Virus record (IMG/VR): IMGVR_UViG_3300034812_000685 | DNA length: 20,000 nt | Strand: one strand, 5' to 3' | Source of the DNA: an uncultured virus (IMG/VR IMGVR_UViG_3300034812_000685) | Lineage: Duplodnaviria; Heunggongvirae; Uroviricota; Caudoviricetes | Shown: positions 7,786 through 15,199 of the stretch, one piece after another | How positions within the stretch are numbered: the stretch's first letter is position 1 | Layout: each line of letters opens with the position of its first letter | Made by a program: the position numbers and the translations under genes | The notes under the pieces: model-generated | Seen by the model: the letters and a program-made list of their open reading frames with translations, nothing else | Databases searched by the model: none | What the model was told of the DNA's origin: nothing

Positions 7786-9303
7786 ATGCACGGAATCTCT
7801 CATCCGACCAATGATCCAACACTGGTCTCTTATCACAGGCCAGAACTTTTACGTCTTTTGCCACAACTAGAGCAGGCTAACGATTGCTTTTGCCTGTTAA
7901 ATACTGAAAGTCTTGGATCTGCTAAGCATAAATACCTGCACCGAGAGCCGGCGGAACCAGAACCTGCATATGCTGCCAGACTGGGTAGATCTACTTATAC
8001 GCCTATTTATAGAGATTCAATTCGTTCTTACGCTGGGCTGCTCAGTCGGTTCCAGGTTATTGACGGACCGCAAAGCCTGACCGAAAACACTGACAATGTG
8101 GATCTGCAAGGCTCAAGCCTTCAGACATTTATGACCATGGCCGATGAGATGGCGCTGCGGGATGGCGGTACCTACATCATGGTCGACATGATGCCTGACA
8201 ACGGAGCTGATAACTTCTTTGATCAGATGAGTGACGGGCGTCATCCGTACTTTATTTCGATCAAACGTGCTGATGTAATCAACTGGAGTGTGTCCTATGA
8301 GCGCGGTATTGAATCTGTTGACCAGGTAACAATTCGTCAACTCAAGTCGACTCAATCCACCGAAGGCCAATTTGGAGTTAACGTTGAGCCGATTTATTAT
8401 GTGCTGACACCCGGTAAAGTCGAAACATATCGACTAGTGAAGACGGCCGCACGTCGTTACGAAAATCAAAAGATCGACGAAATCACAACCAGCCTGCCAA
8501 TTGTTCCCCTTGTTTACTACGGAGCTACGACGACTCGGTTTGCTCAGGGCGATTTACCAATGGATGGCTTAGCTGATCTGAGCATTCAGCATTATCAAAT
8601 GCGTTCCGACCTGGCGGAGCTGCTACATAAATGCGCCATGCCTGTACCTGTAAGAAAAGGTGCTCCTGTTGGGACTGATGGCCGCCCTGCACCCCTCGTG
8701 CTTGGCCCTAACACTGCTGTGGACCTTCCGGCAGAAGGTGGTGACTTCGGTTTCTCAGAGCCGTCCGGTCGTTCACTGGAACGCCATCAGAGCGAGATAG
8801 AACACATTGAGAAGTTGATGGATCGCAGTTCTTTGAACTTCTTGTATGGAGCAAATGTTAAGACCGCGACAGAAGCTTCTCTTCGTGCTTCGCAAATCGC
8901 CTCAAGTGTTTCTGCTTTAGTCCGCAATAAAACGTCGATGTTCGGGACCTTGATGCGTCTGTGGGCCTGGTATGCGGGAGAGCAAGCTTCGATCACAAAG
9001 GAGTCCGGCATTCATGTCAATGATTCACTCATTAACAAGCCTCTAGGAGCCTCTGAGATGGCCCAATTAGTGAATCTGTACTCACAGGGTCTTATGTCCC
9101 GTTTGACGGTCTTACAGGAGCTTCAGAGGGGCGGTGCGCTTGATCCTGACCTATTCATTGATGAAGAGATCGAAAGGATCAAGGAAGACAAAGAAGAGAA
9201 GATGGCAGAAATGCCCCAAATGATGCCTGCAGAAGAGCCAGAACAGGAAGAAGAAGTGACTGAGCAGGAAAGGGTCGAACAGGCGGCAAAAGTTGCTCAG
9301 TAA
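7786..9303 (+). CDS. Phage portal protein (DUF4055-type)
   Basis: 505 aa. KYLHREPAEP...YAARLGRS, NVDLQGSSL, RHPYF...DVINW, LADLSIQHYQMRSDLAELLHKCAMP, KTATEA, G-x-MSRLTVLQELQRGG and acidic tail. Confidence 0.85.
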   Translation: MHGISHPTNDPTLVSYHRPELLRLLPQLEQANDCFCLLNTESLGSAKHKYLHREPAEPEPAYAARLGRSTYTPIYRDSIRSYAGLLSRFQVIDGPQSLTENTDNVDLQGSSLQTFMTMADEMALRDGGTYIMVDMMPDNGADNFFDQMSDGRHPYFISIKRADVINWSVSYERGIESVDQVTIRQLKSTQSTEGQFGVNVEPIYYVLTPGKVETYRLVKTAARRYENQKIDEITTSLPIVPLVYYGATTTRFAQGDLPMDGLADLSIQHYQMRSDLAELLHKCAMPVPVRKGAPVGTDGRPAPLVLGPNTAVDLPAEGGDFGFSEPSGRSLERHQSEIEHIEKLMDRSSLNFLYGANVKTATEASLRASQIASSVSALVRNKTSMFGTLMRLWAWYAGEQASITKESGIHVNDSLINKPLGASEMAQLVNLYSQGLMSRLTVLQELQRGGALDPDLFIDEEIERIKEDKEEKMAEMPQMMPAEEPEQEEEVTEQERVEQAAKVAQ

Positions 9304-9347
9304 AAATTATGTGCGAGCTAAACTGTTTGTATGCGTGATCACGAAAA

Positions 9348-9569
9348 ATGCAATTCGACCCCGATAACAACGTAATCGTCAGGTTTCAGTTCAAAGAAGA
9401 TCGTGCAAGCGAATTCAGTGAAGATGGCAACTGCATTATCGAACAACAGTTCGACGACTTAGATGACGTCATTGAGTATTGCCGTGAATTTGAAGATGCG
9501 TTGCAAAACGTAACAGTGCTATTTGCCGAAGAAATCATCCAGTTGACTGATTTTAATATTGAATCTTGA
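9348..9569 (+). CDS. Very acidic small hypothetical protein, 73 aa
   Basis: 20 D/E versus 4 K/R by hand count. Confidence 0.7.
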   Translation: MQFDPDNNVIVRFQFKEDRASEFSEDGNCIIEQQFDDLDDVIEYCREFEDALQNVTVLFAEEIIQLTDFNIES

Positions 9570-9570
9570 T

Positions 9571-9711
9571 TTGGCACAAGTCACCACTCAGATTGAGTAC
9601 TACTCTCTAGCTGTCAACTTTATTTTCACCACCCTTTTGCTTCCGTTGGCAGTATTAATTGGGCTCTGCCTTTGTGTTTGCCTTTACAGGAACAAAGACT
9701 ATTTTCTTTAA
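9571..9711 (+). CDS. Small single-TM peptide, 46 aa (TTG start); absent from ORF track
   Basis: MAQVTTQIEYYSLAVNFIFTTLLLPLAVLIGLCLCVCLYRNKDYFL. Starts 1 nt after the previous stop, TAATG overlap with the next gene. Confidence 0.5.
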   Translation: MAQVTTQIEYYSLAVNFIFTTLLLPLAVLIGLCLCVCLYRNKDYFL

Positions 9712-10040
9712 TGATCTACGAAGCTGGCAAACGCATCAAATCTCCTGGTGGCTCATTTGTTTATGAAGTCATCGGCCCCATCTGCAGGCTTTATGACAGA
9801 GAGGGGTTGCCATGGCCGTCATGCTCCCTACAATGGAAAGGCAAACAACCCTCATGGCGACGGATAGGCAGACGTCTGATCCCAGACATTGCCGCTCAAC
9901 GCTGTCCCAGCTACCAAGTAGTAGGGGTTGACTCTACGGGCACCCGTTGGGAGCAGCCCTTGACCTTGTACTCACACCGTCTTTCTCGGATTGAGAAGGA
10001 ATGGTGGTACAGCAAGATCAAGCCCAATGACAAACACTAA
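9711..10040 (+). CDS. Hypothetical protein (start revised to ATG9711)
   Basis: TAATG coupling. Trp/Pro/Cys-containing globular sequence (RLYDREGLPWPSCSLQWKGKQPSWRRIG). Confidence 0.7.
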   Translation: MIYEAGKRIKSPGGSFVYEVIGPICRLYDREGLPWPSCSLQWKGKQPSWRRIGRRLIPDIAAQRCPSYQVVGVDSTGTRWEQPLTLYSHRLSRIEKEWWYSKIKPNDKH

Positions 10041-10191
10041 CAAACGGAGTTCATCCCTTGATTGGAATCAATTTTTCAAAGATCGTCCCGACCTTGAGCC
10101 ACCTGGTTACAGGGAGACAGTCCAACGCATCAATGCACGGAAAGCCGAAAACGATGCTGAGGGCCTGCGAAATCCTGGCGGACCACATTGA
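10027..10191 (+). CDS. Small hypothetical phage protein (start ATG10027)
   Basis: DWNQFFKDRPDLEPPGYRETV motif recognised from small cyanophage proteins. Confidence 0.65.
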   Translation: MTNTNKRSSSLDWNQFFKDRPDLEPPGYRETVQRINARKAENDAEGLRNPGGPH

Positions 10192-10330
10192 TAGTCTTGA
10201 CTCTGAATGCGATCCTCACGTTTACTGGCTCAAAAAAGAACTTATTTCATTGTTAAATGATGACCTGTCACGCCAAGAGCTTGCTGAAGACTATGACGTC
10301 TCCATCGAGTTTGAAAGTTTGTATTTTTGA
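10154..10330 (+). CDS. Small acidic hypothetical protein (probable start ATG10154)
   Basis: MLRACEILADHIDSLDSECDPHVYWLKKEL..., overlapping operon packing. Confidence 0.55.
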   Translation: MLRACEILADHIDSLDSECDPHVYWLKKELISLLNDDLSRQELAEDYDVSIEFESLYF

Positions 10331-10346
10331 CCTTACGGCCTAGCTC

Positions 10347-10376
10347 TTGACAGGCGGTACCTTGTTGCTGTATTAA
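10347..10376 (+). promoter_or_regulatory. Possible sigma70-type promoter
   Basis: Perfect TTGACA at 10347-10352. The -10 is weaker (TGC-TGTATT / TATTAA). Intergenic position. Confidence 0.45.
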
Positions 10377-10394
10377 AAGAGACTGACCCATAGA

Positions 10395-10412
10395 GGATTT
10401 AATCCCATGACA
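10395..10412 (+). repeat. 18-bp repeat GGATTTAATCCCATGACA spanning a start codon (copy 1; copy 2 at 15751-15768)
   Basis: Exact identity between the copies; contains the GGATT-T-AATCC inverted repeat. Confidence 0.8.
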
Positions 10413-10841
10413 CGCTCTAACAAGTGGGTGACCGAGAAGGTCGCCTGCTACCTTGACGATTACTGCAATTTCCCCGATTGTATGGAGTTTGCCTGGAAGG
10501 GTCTGACTGTTGAGTCAGATACTCAATACTTCATCGTCAAGATCTTTGGTAATGAGGTCTATCGCCTGTACATGAGAGATGGTACCCCAGATTCCATCCG
10601 GGTTACGAATGGCTTTTATCTGGATGGCTATGGGCTGCCGACCAGGCAGACTCGTGAAGTCCTGAATGGGTTGCTTGATGTTTCCGGTGAGCTGGGCCTG
10701 ATCCCTAGCGGGGTTCGTGTCTTCAAAGATGGCACTGGTTATGCCGTTGGCAAAGGTGAGTACATGGCATCATTGGACAAGCAGCATCCTTTTCGTTTTC
10801 TGCGTTTTGACAAAGCCGAAGAATCTTTTTCGATTTCATGA
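10407..10841 (+). CDS. Hypothetical protein, 144 aa
   Basis: Clear ORF with GAGGA SD. GLPTRQTREVLNGLL resembles the T-x-TT-x-RLNAL motif of early phage proteins. Confidence 0.75.
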   Translation: MTRSNKWVTEKVACYLDDYCNFPDCMEFAWKGLTVESDTQYFIVKIFGNEVYRLYMRDGTPDSIRVTNGFYLDGYGLPTRQTREVLNGLLDVSGELGLIPSGVRVFKDGTGYAVGKGEYMASLDKQHPFRFLRFDKAEESFSIS

Positions 10842-10869
10842 GCCTGCTCACGGTAAACTTAGTTTGAAG

Positions 10870-10930
10870 CGTCCGTAGCGGTTGATACCGTTATGCAGTC
10901 CGACTCAGACCATAGGACGGGGATCTGAGC
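10870..10930 (+). ncRNA. Glutamine-II riboswitch (Downstream-peptide motif)
   Basis: P1 CGTCC(10870-74)/GGACG(10915-19); P2 TAGCGGT-TGAT-ACCGTTA; conserved GCAGTCCGA; pseudoknot CTCAGA(10904-09)/TCTGAG(10924-29); GGG after P1. Directly upstream of a YRG-motif peptide. Confidence 0.82.
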
Positions 10931-10945
10931 ACTGAGGGAAACGTT

Positions 10946-11116
10946 ATGAACTTCCTCGATGTCATCAAACAGGCTCAAGTCAAGCGCAATCGTCTTTGGG
11001 AGGCAAAACTCTTGCACCTGAAGGCTTATCGCGGCGTGCCTTACGAAAAAGCAGAGAGTATCTCTGTTTTGACCAAGAAAACGTATATTTACAGGGGTAA
11101 AACTTACGTTGCTTGA
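10946..11116 (+). CDS. DUF4278-family small protein, 56 aa; absent from ORF track
   Basis: MNFLDVIKQAQVKRNRLWEAKLLHLKAYRGVPYEKAESISVLTKKTYIYRGKTYVA with two YRGxxY motifs. GAGGG SD, riboswitch upstream, terminator downstream. Confidence 0.85.
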   Translation: MNFLDVIKQAQVKRNRLWEAKLLHLKAYRGVPYEKAESISVLTKKTYIYRGKTYVA

Positions 11117-11130
11117 TTGTTTATTTACAC

Positions 11131-11155
11131 GAGGGGCTAGGCCCCTCTTTTTTTT
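11131..11155 (+). terminator. Rho-independent terminator after the DUF4278 gene
   Basis: GAGGGGC-TAG-GCCCCTC followed by T8. Confidence 0.88.
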
Positions 11156-11185
11156 GTTGTTACTATTACATATATGCCTTGATCT

Positions 11186-11422
11186 ATGAAGACCCCAGCT
11201 ATTGCCATAATTAGTGTTGAACTTAAAAATAACAGTCAATCAGTGAAAATACTTACGAGATTAAGCAAACAGAGTTTTGTTCAATATAAAATGACAAATC
11301 AAAGAACACTTTTGGCAAAATTTACAATTCCATTTGACGAGGTGCATGAATCGATCACCTCCTGGATCATTGATCAAGGCATTCGCGAAAATGACATCCT
11401 AAATATAGGATTTGATTATTAA
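11186..11422 (+). CDS. Hypothetical protein, 78 aa
   Basis: ORF in + strand gene run. Confidence 0.6.
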   Translation: MKTPAIAIISVELKNNSQSVKILTRLSKQSFVQYKMTNQRTLLAKFTIPFDEVHESITSWIIDQGIRENDILNIGFDY

Positions 11423-11423
11423 A

Positions 11424-11624
11424 ATGACTCACTCCAGGGAAGAGATCGTATCAAAGCTAACCAAGTGGTACGTAGCTGCACAAGAAGCTACTTCCAGAAA
11501 AACAGCACAAAAAGCTTTGAAAAAGACAAAAAAACATGCAAAAAGGCTCAGCGCCTTATATGATATGTCTAGTTCTGAACCTGAGCCTGACCATGATCAG
11601 CCCAGTAGCAAGGAAACTGATTAG
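11424..11624 (+). CDS. Small basic helical hypothetical protein (start ATG11424)
   Basis: AQEATSRKTAQKALKK motif; starts 1 nt after the previous stop. Confidence 0.6.
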   Translation: MTHSREEIVSKLTKWYVAAQEATSRKTAQKALKKTKKHAKRLSALYDMSSSEPEPDHDQPSSKETD

Positions 11625-11865
11625 GGTAAAGTCATTTTCTGACCTTGAATTAGCTATTAATTCTTTTAAGGTATTTGCTGGTAATGGATTAGTTGCACTT
11701 ATCGGTGCCCAAGGTGTTTGGCGAGATTTCATGTTCGGTTCATATATTATCAGTTGTAAAATTTCTCCACGAAAGGTTTTTGGACTGCATCTAGGCACTA
11801 AGATGCGTGTATGGGTCAACGGCGATCCGCTCAGCGCTGGAGGCCTGCAGTCCTTGTTTGACTGA
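11593..11865 (+). CDS. Hypothetical protein (probable start ATG11593)
   Basis: ORF fills the space before the tRNA. Confidence 0.5.
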   Translation: MISPVARKLIRVKSFSDLELAINSFKVFAGNGLVALIGAQGVWRDFMFGSYIISCKISPRKVFGLHLGTKMRVWVNGDPLSAGGLQSLFD

Positions 11866-11872
11866 TCTCTTA

Positions 11873-11945
11873 AGGGGTCTAGCAATCTGGTGAATGCAGC
11901 GAACTCATAATTCGCCTAAGGCGAGTTCGATCCTCGCGACCCCTA
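11873..11945 (+). tRNA. tRNA with CAU anticodon, probably tRNA-Ile2 (lysidine) rather than Met
   Basis: Acceptor AGGGGTC/GACCCCT plus discriminator A; D-arm GCA/TGC with GG; anticodon arm GCGAA-CT CAT AA-TTCGC (CAT 11906-08); T-arm GCGAG-TTCGATC-CTCGC. No initiator features (no GGG/CCC anticodon stem, 1:72 paired). CCA not fully encoded. Confidence 0.93.
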
Positions 11946-11973
11946 CCTCATAGCACATTCAACACGACAACCA

Positions 11974-12240
11974 ATGTCACAACGGCACCAAGCCCTCGAT
12001 GCAGCAGAAAAACTTGGCCGAGAGGTTGAGAAGAACATTGATTCTGTTATTGACTGCATAAAGACGCACAGTGATATTTGCTGGAAAAATGATTCGCCAA
12101 CCGAGTTTGTACCAGATGCTGAATATATCGACAGGATTCAAGAAAAGTTAACTGAAATCCAATTTTATTTAAGTGATATCAAGACAGCTAGGTCTGTCAC
12201 CGATTATCGAAGAAAAGTTGCAGGCAAATGGAATAATTAA
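11974..12240 (+). CDS. Hypothetical helical protein, 88 aa
   Basis: Clean ORF downstream of the tRNA. Confidence 0.65.
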   Translation: MSQRHQALDAAEKLGREVEKNIDSVIDCIKTHSDICWKNDSPTEFVPDAEYIDRIQEKLTEIQFYLSDIKTARSVTDYRRKVAGKWNN

Positions 12241-12258
12241 TTAGCCGCATGGCTGATC

Positions 12259-12870
12259 TTGCCTGAACCTTTAAATATCCCAAACCTAATACTACCGGTG
12301 CCGCCAGATATTCCTGTGCCGGCAATAGAGCTTCCTAAAATACTACATCCCCAATACCCTCAGGTACGTTTTCCTTCAGAGATTCAACCTGGGGAAGTTG
12401 GTCAGGAAGCTCCTTCGGAAGAGACTGAAGAGGATCTGGAATCGCCTTCAAAGGAGCAAACAAGTAAGACTCCAGAACCCCAAATAAAAATAGAGGAGAT
12501 ACAAACATACATAGGACGAAACCCAATACTAGATATGCAAGACGAGTGGCCATGGGAAGAGGAAATCGAACCTAGTGTTCCTGAGGAGGAAACTACTGAA
12601 GGCATCGTCACAGTAACTGTGGGTAACGTCGATTTGCCTGTACCCGAACCACAAATATTAGTAGCAGCTGGTGCTACAGCTACAACATCAGTGGCAGCAA
12701 CCTTGGCATCAACAGCATTAATAAAAAGGCTTTCCGTCGTAATGAAGCCAATTATCAAGAATTTTATTTCCCGCTTCCAGGGTCAGGACCCTGTGGATCA
12801 ATTGACTTGGGCGCGACAGCGATTGGTACAACGTCGGAGCAAACGATACTGTAAGGACTTTCAGGCCTAA
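12259..12870 (+). CDS. Conserved cyanophage Pro/Glu-rich protein with C-terminal hydrophobic helix (TTG start uncertain)
   Basis: DLPVPEPQILVAAGATATTSVAATLASTAL...MKPIIK motif recognised from cyanophage proteins. Confidence 0.7.
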   Translation: MPEPLNIPNLILPVPPDIPVPAIELPKILHPQYPQVRFPSEIQPGEVGQEAPSEETEEDLESPSKEQTSKTPEPQIKIEEIQTYIGRNPILDMQDEWPWEEEIEPSVPEEETTEGIVTVTVGNVDLPVPEPQILVAAGATATTSVAATLASTALIKRLSVVMKPIIKNFISRFQGQDPVDQLTWARQRLVQRRSKRYCKDFQA

Positions 12871-13366
12871 TCATGAATCCCATGTTAAGCAATTCTGCGC
12901 ACTTTATAGCCCTCACAAGTGCATAATCCAGCCGTTCTTTTTCTAGTCTCTTCCTTGCCAAGCTTTTGCATGTTTCTACCATGCCACCGTCTAGAGGGAA
13001 GCTTAAGGTAGCTTGAATACCAAAATTTTGACCTCTTGTGTAGTTGGGGTGGTTATCGTTGCCTGTATAAAATGGAGTTACAGTAAGAGTTGAAGAATTA
13101 CAATAATGTCCTCTACCATAGCTTTGTGTTGAATAACCACCTTGATTAATTTGAACGGCCTGATTATTCACTGAGCCAGAAGAAGTGGCCACGGGATTAG
13201 CCGTGACCGAAGTTCCTCCTTCTGCTTTAGCTGGTAATGAATAAATTAAACCTACTGAGAGAAGACCGACAAGGAAGTAATTGTAGTTGCTTGATCGATG
13301 GTTCGATCGATTACAGTTGATTCTACAAGACTGCCTGCAGTTCTTTCCACTATTTCCATCTGCCAA
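12764..13366 (-). CDS. Conserved cyanophage exported protein; start ambiguous (TTG13366 with AGGAG SD, ATG13603, or frameshift)
   Basis: Signal-like FLVGLLSVGLIYSLPAKA then TANPVATSSGSVNNQAVQ...NFGIQATLSFPLDG...CK...LDYALVRAIKCAEL...P-x-SPY...CSDV. Confidence 0.75.
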   Translation of the reverse strand: MADGNSGKNCRQSCRINCNRSNHRSSNYNYFLVGLLSVGLIYSLPAKAEGGTSVTANPVATSSGSVNNQAVQINQGGYSTQSYGRGHYCNSSTLTVTPFYTGNDNHPNYTRGQNFGIQATLSFPLDGGMVETCKSLARKRLEKERLDYALVRAIKCAELLNMGFMIRPESPYSIVCSDVVPIAVAPKSIDPQGPDPGSGK

Positions 13367-13611
13367 TCTTCTCCTGGCGTTGTAATCGTGTAAGTTGTGG
13401 TTGGATCGTTGATGTTCCCACTTGCTGTTACATTTGTCCCAGACCAGCTTTTGTAAGCGTTGCCATATAGTTCTGTTGTGATGTTCTCCGTTACCTGTGT
13501 GGACGTGTTCGTTGTTGACGTCATGCTTCCTGACGTGAAATTCGGATAATTCTGCGCCTGGGCCATGGGTGCGGCCAGAGACATCGCGATAATCGAAATC
13601 CATAGTTTCAT
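13252..13611 (-). CDS. Conserved cyanophage Thr-rich exported protein, 119 aa
   Basis: Signal peptide (MKLWISIIAMSLAAPMAQA), PNFTSGSMTSTTNT, C-terminal TTITSLSVFSQ. ATGA coupling to the upstream gene. Confidence 0.8.
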   Translation of the reverse strand: MKLWISIIAMSLAAPMAQAQNYPNFTSGSMTSTTNTSTQVTENITTELYGNAYKSWSGTNVTASGNINDPTTTYTITTPGEDWQMEIVERTAGSLVESTVIDRTIDQATTITSLSVFSQ

Positions 13612-13847
13612 GGCTTTTTCACGGGTTGTGGGTCAACGGTTGGGGGTTTCTTTTTAGAGTCATCCTTGCTTTGACCCGTTCTTGTTATACCGTAATGCGC
13701 TAAACATCCGGTAAAAATGCTCGCCACAAACGTCGGATCGGCCTTGATGATATTTAAATATCCGGCCGTCAGAATCGTGGCAGACCATCCAAGAACAGAC
13801 AAATGGACAAGAGCGGCTACGCGCCCGTCCTTTTCTTCCTTCTCCAT
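13608..13847 (-). CDS. Conserved cyanophage two-TM membrane protein (probable start ATG13847)
   Basis: LVHLSVLGWSATILT...DPTFVASIFTGCLAHYGI with basic tail. Confidence 0.75.
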   Translation of the reverse strand: MEKEEKDGRVAALVHLSVLGWSATILTAGYLNIIKADPTFVASIFTGCLAHYGITRTGQSKDDSKKKPPTVDPQPVKKP

Positions 13848-13934
13848 GAAAGATCGGATGACTCTTTTCAGGTTTCCTAGTTGACGCATCATTCTGTAGG
13901 CATTAAACTCTGCAAAATTGCAAGGGCTTGACCC

Positions 13935-14105
13935 GTGAATCCAAGCGATTACATCGCAGCCGCTAAGGCCAGGGCAAAAGGAACTTTGATTGATCCTTCA
14001 CCAAAATTAACTGCACTTGAAAAAGCTTTCCGCCAGAAGTTCATCAGCGAATCCTTACAAGAGGACTTGACAGTTAAAAAAGCCTCTGATAACTTTGACG
14101 AGTAA
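13935..14105 (+). CDS. Small hypothetical protein, 56 aa (GTG start); absent from ORF track
   Basis: MNPSDYIAAAKARAKGTLIDPSPKLTALEKAFRQKF...; preceded by the shared AAGGGCnnGACCC leader motif. Confidence 0.6.
   Translation: MNPSDYIAAAKARAKGTLIDPSPKLTALEKAFRQKFISESLQEDLTVKKASDNFDE
14067..14095 (+). promoter_or_regulatory. sigma70-type (host RNAP) promoter
   Basis: TTGACA-17 bp-TAACTT with extended -10 TG, 27 nt upstream of ATG14123. Confidence 0.65.
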
Positions 14106-14122
14106 ACCAAAGGGCCTGACCC

Positions 14123-14899
14123 ATGGACATCAAAGCCAAAATTGCAAAGCTTCTGCGTATGCAGGAGTCGAGCAACGTCAATGAAGCAGCTAATGCTGCA
14201 CACCTGATTCAAGCTCTTTGCCAAAAGCATGGAGTCACCGTTCAGGATTGTCTGTCTCAATATGATCCCGAACGCGACAAGGCCGTCTTCTGGACGATGG
14301 GACGAGTATTCAAAAGGGTTGATCCGGCCTTCTGGAGCCTGCTTGATCATGTTGCCACTTATTTCAACGGAACGACTGTTAATACGAATGCCACAAAGCA
14401 TTTTGATTTCAATTTGAAGTCATGCAATGAAACCCATAGGGTTATTGAAGTCATCGCCACTCAGGGTAATAAGGTTCAAATCGAATTGTATTTTGAATAT
14501 TTGTGTGAAGTAATGGAAAAAATGGCCGCCGAGGCTAAGTTAGAACGCTTGAAAAATGGATATTATGGTGACCGTACCTTCAAAGCTAATTTCAGGAAAG
14601 GCTTTGCCCGTGCTATTGGTATCAAGCTTCGCGACCAAAAGCGTGCAGAACAGATTTATCAAGAAAAGCAAAAGGCTTCTGATAACCCTGCCCCAGACGC
14701 CCTTGCATTGTTTGAACGTAACAAGATCGAGAAAGAGCAGGTGCTAGCCCTGGTTAAACGTCGGTTTCCAAAGCTTGGCAAGTCCACTGGATCTGCTTAT
14801 GGCGGCAGTGGCACAGAGGTTGGCTTTAACGCAGGCAAGAAGACATCAACCCAACGGCAAGTAACCCGTGTTGAATTACCTCGTCTGGGAGGTGGGTGA
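14123..14899 (+). CDS. DUF2786-domain phage protein
   Basis: N-terminal KIAKLLRMQESSNVNEAANAAHLIQALCQKHGV; NFRKGFARAIGIKL; C-terminal Gly-rich GFNAGK. Confidence 0.8.
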   Translation: MDIKAKIAKLLRMQESSNVNEAANAAHLIQALCQKHGVTVQDCLSQYDPERDKAVFWTMGRVFKRVDPAFWSLLDHVATYFNGTTVNTNATKHFDFNLKSCNETHRVIEVIATQGNKVQIELYFEYLCEVMEKMAAEAKLERLKNGYYGDRTFKANFRKGFARAIGIKLRDQKRAEQIYQEKQKASDNPAPDALALFERNKIEKEQVLALVKRRFPKLGKSTGSAYGGSGTEVGFNAGKKTSTQRQVTRVELPRLGGG

Positions 14900-14948
14900 C
14901 AACTACTAGAGACTGACTACGATTGGTTTGCCTCTATACCTATGTCCC

Positions 14949-15161
14949 ATGGATAGATTCAAAGAGATTAAGGCGATTGCAGTGGAATTTAATTTCACCC
15001 TCCATAGAGAGGGCAAACATTACATCTGGAAATCGCCTTCTGGAGCGCTTGTGACAACAGGCAAGACCCTGTCAGACAGAAAGGCCCTTAAGAACATCAG
15101 ATCAATGTTCCGCAGGGCTTCTGTTGCGAATTGTAAAAGGCCTTGGCATAAGGGGGGCTGA
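14949..15161 (+). CDS. HicA-like (dsRBD-fold) protein; start revised to ATG14949
   Basis: F-x-L-x-R-x-GKHYIWKSPSG-x-LVTTGKTLSDRKALKNI pattern with His at the HicA catalytic position. Confidence 0.6.
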   Translation: MDRFKEIKAIAVEFNFTLHREGKHYIWKSPSGALVTTGKTLSDRKALKNIRSMFRRASVANCKRPWHKGG

Positions 15162-15171
15162 CCTGTATAGT
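15143..15171 (+). promoter_or_regulatory. sigma70-type promoter
   Basis: TTGGCA-17 bp-TATAGT, 28 nt upstream of ATG15200. Confidence 0.65.
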
Positions 15172-15199
15172 TAAAGAGGTCAAACAAAGGGCACGACCC

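Noticed and set aside
63..9577. Numerous antisense and alternate-frame ORFs inside terL, sigma, dnaG, nrdJ, dcd, portal and the 9348 gene
   Set aside because: Shadow ORFs of well-supported genes, with no motifs or translation signals.
10859..11239. 126-aa minus-strand ORF
   Set aside because: Antisense to the riboswitch-DUF4278-terminator unit, which explains the region much better.
11873..11950. tRNA as prophage attachment site
   Set aside because: No integrase, no duplicated tRNA 3' end, and phage-like genes on both sides.
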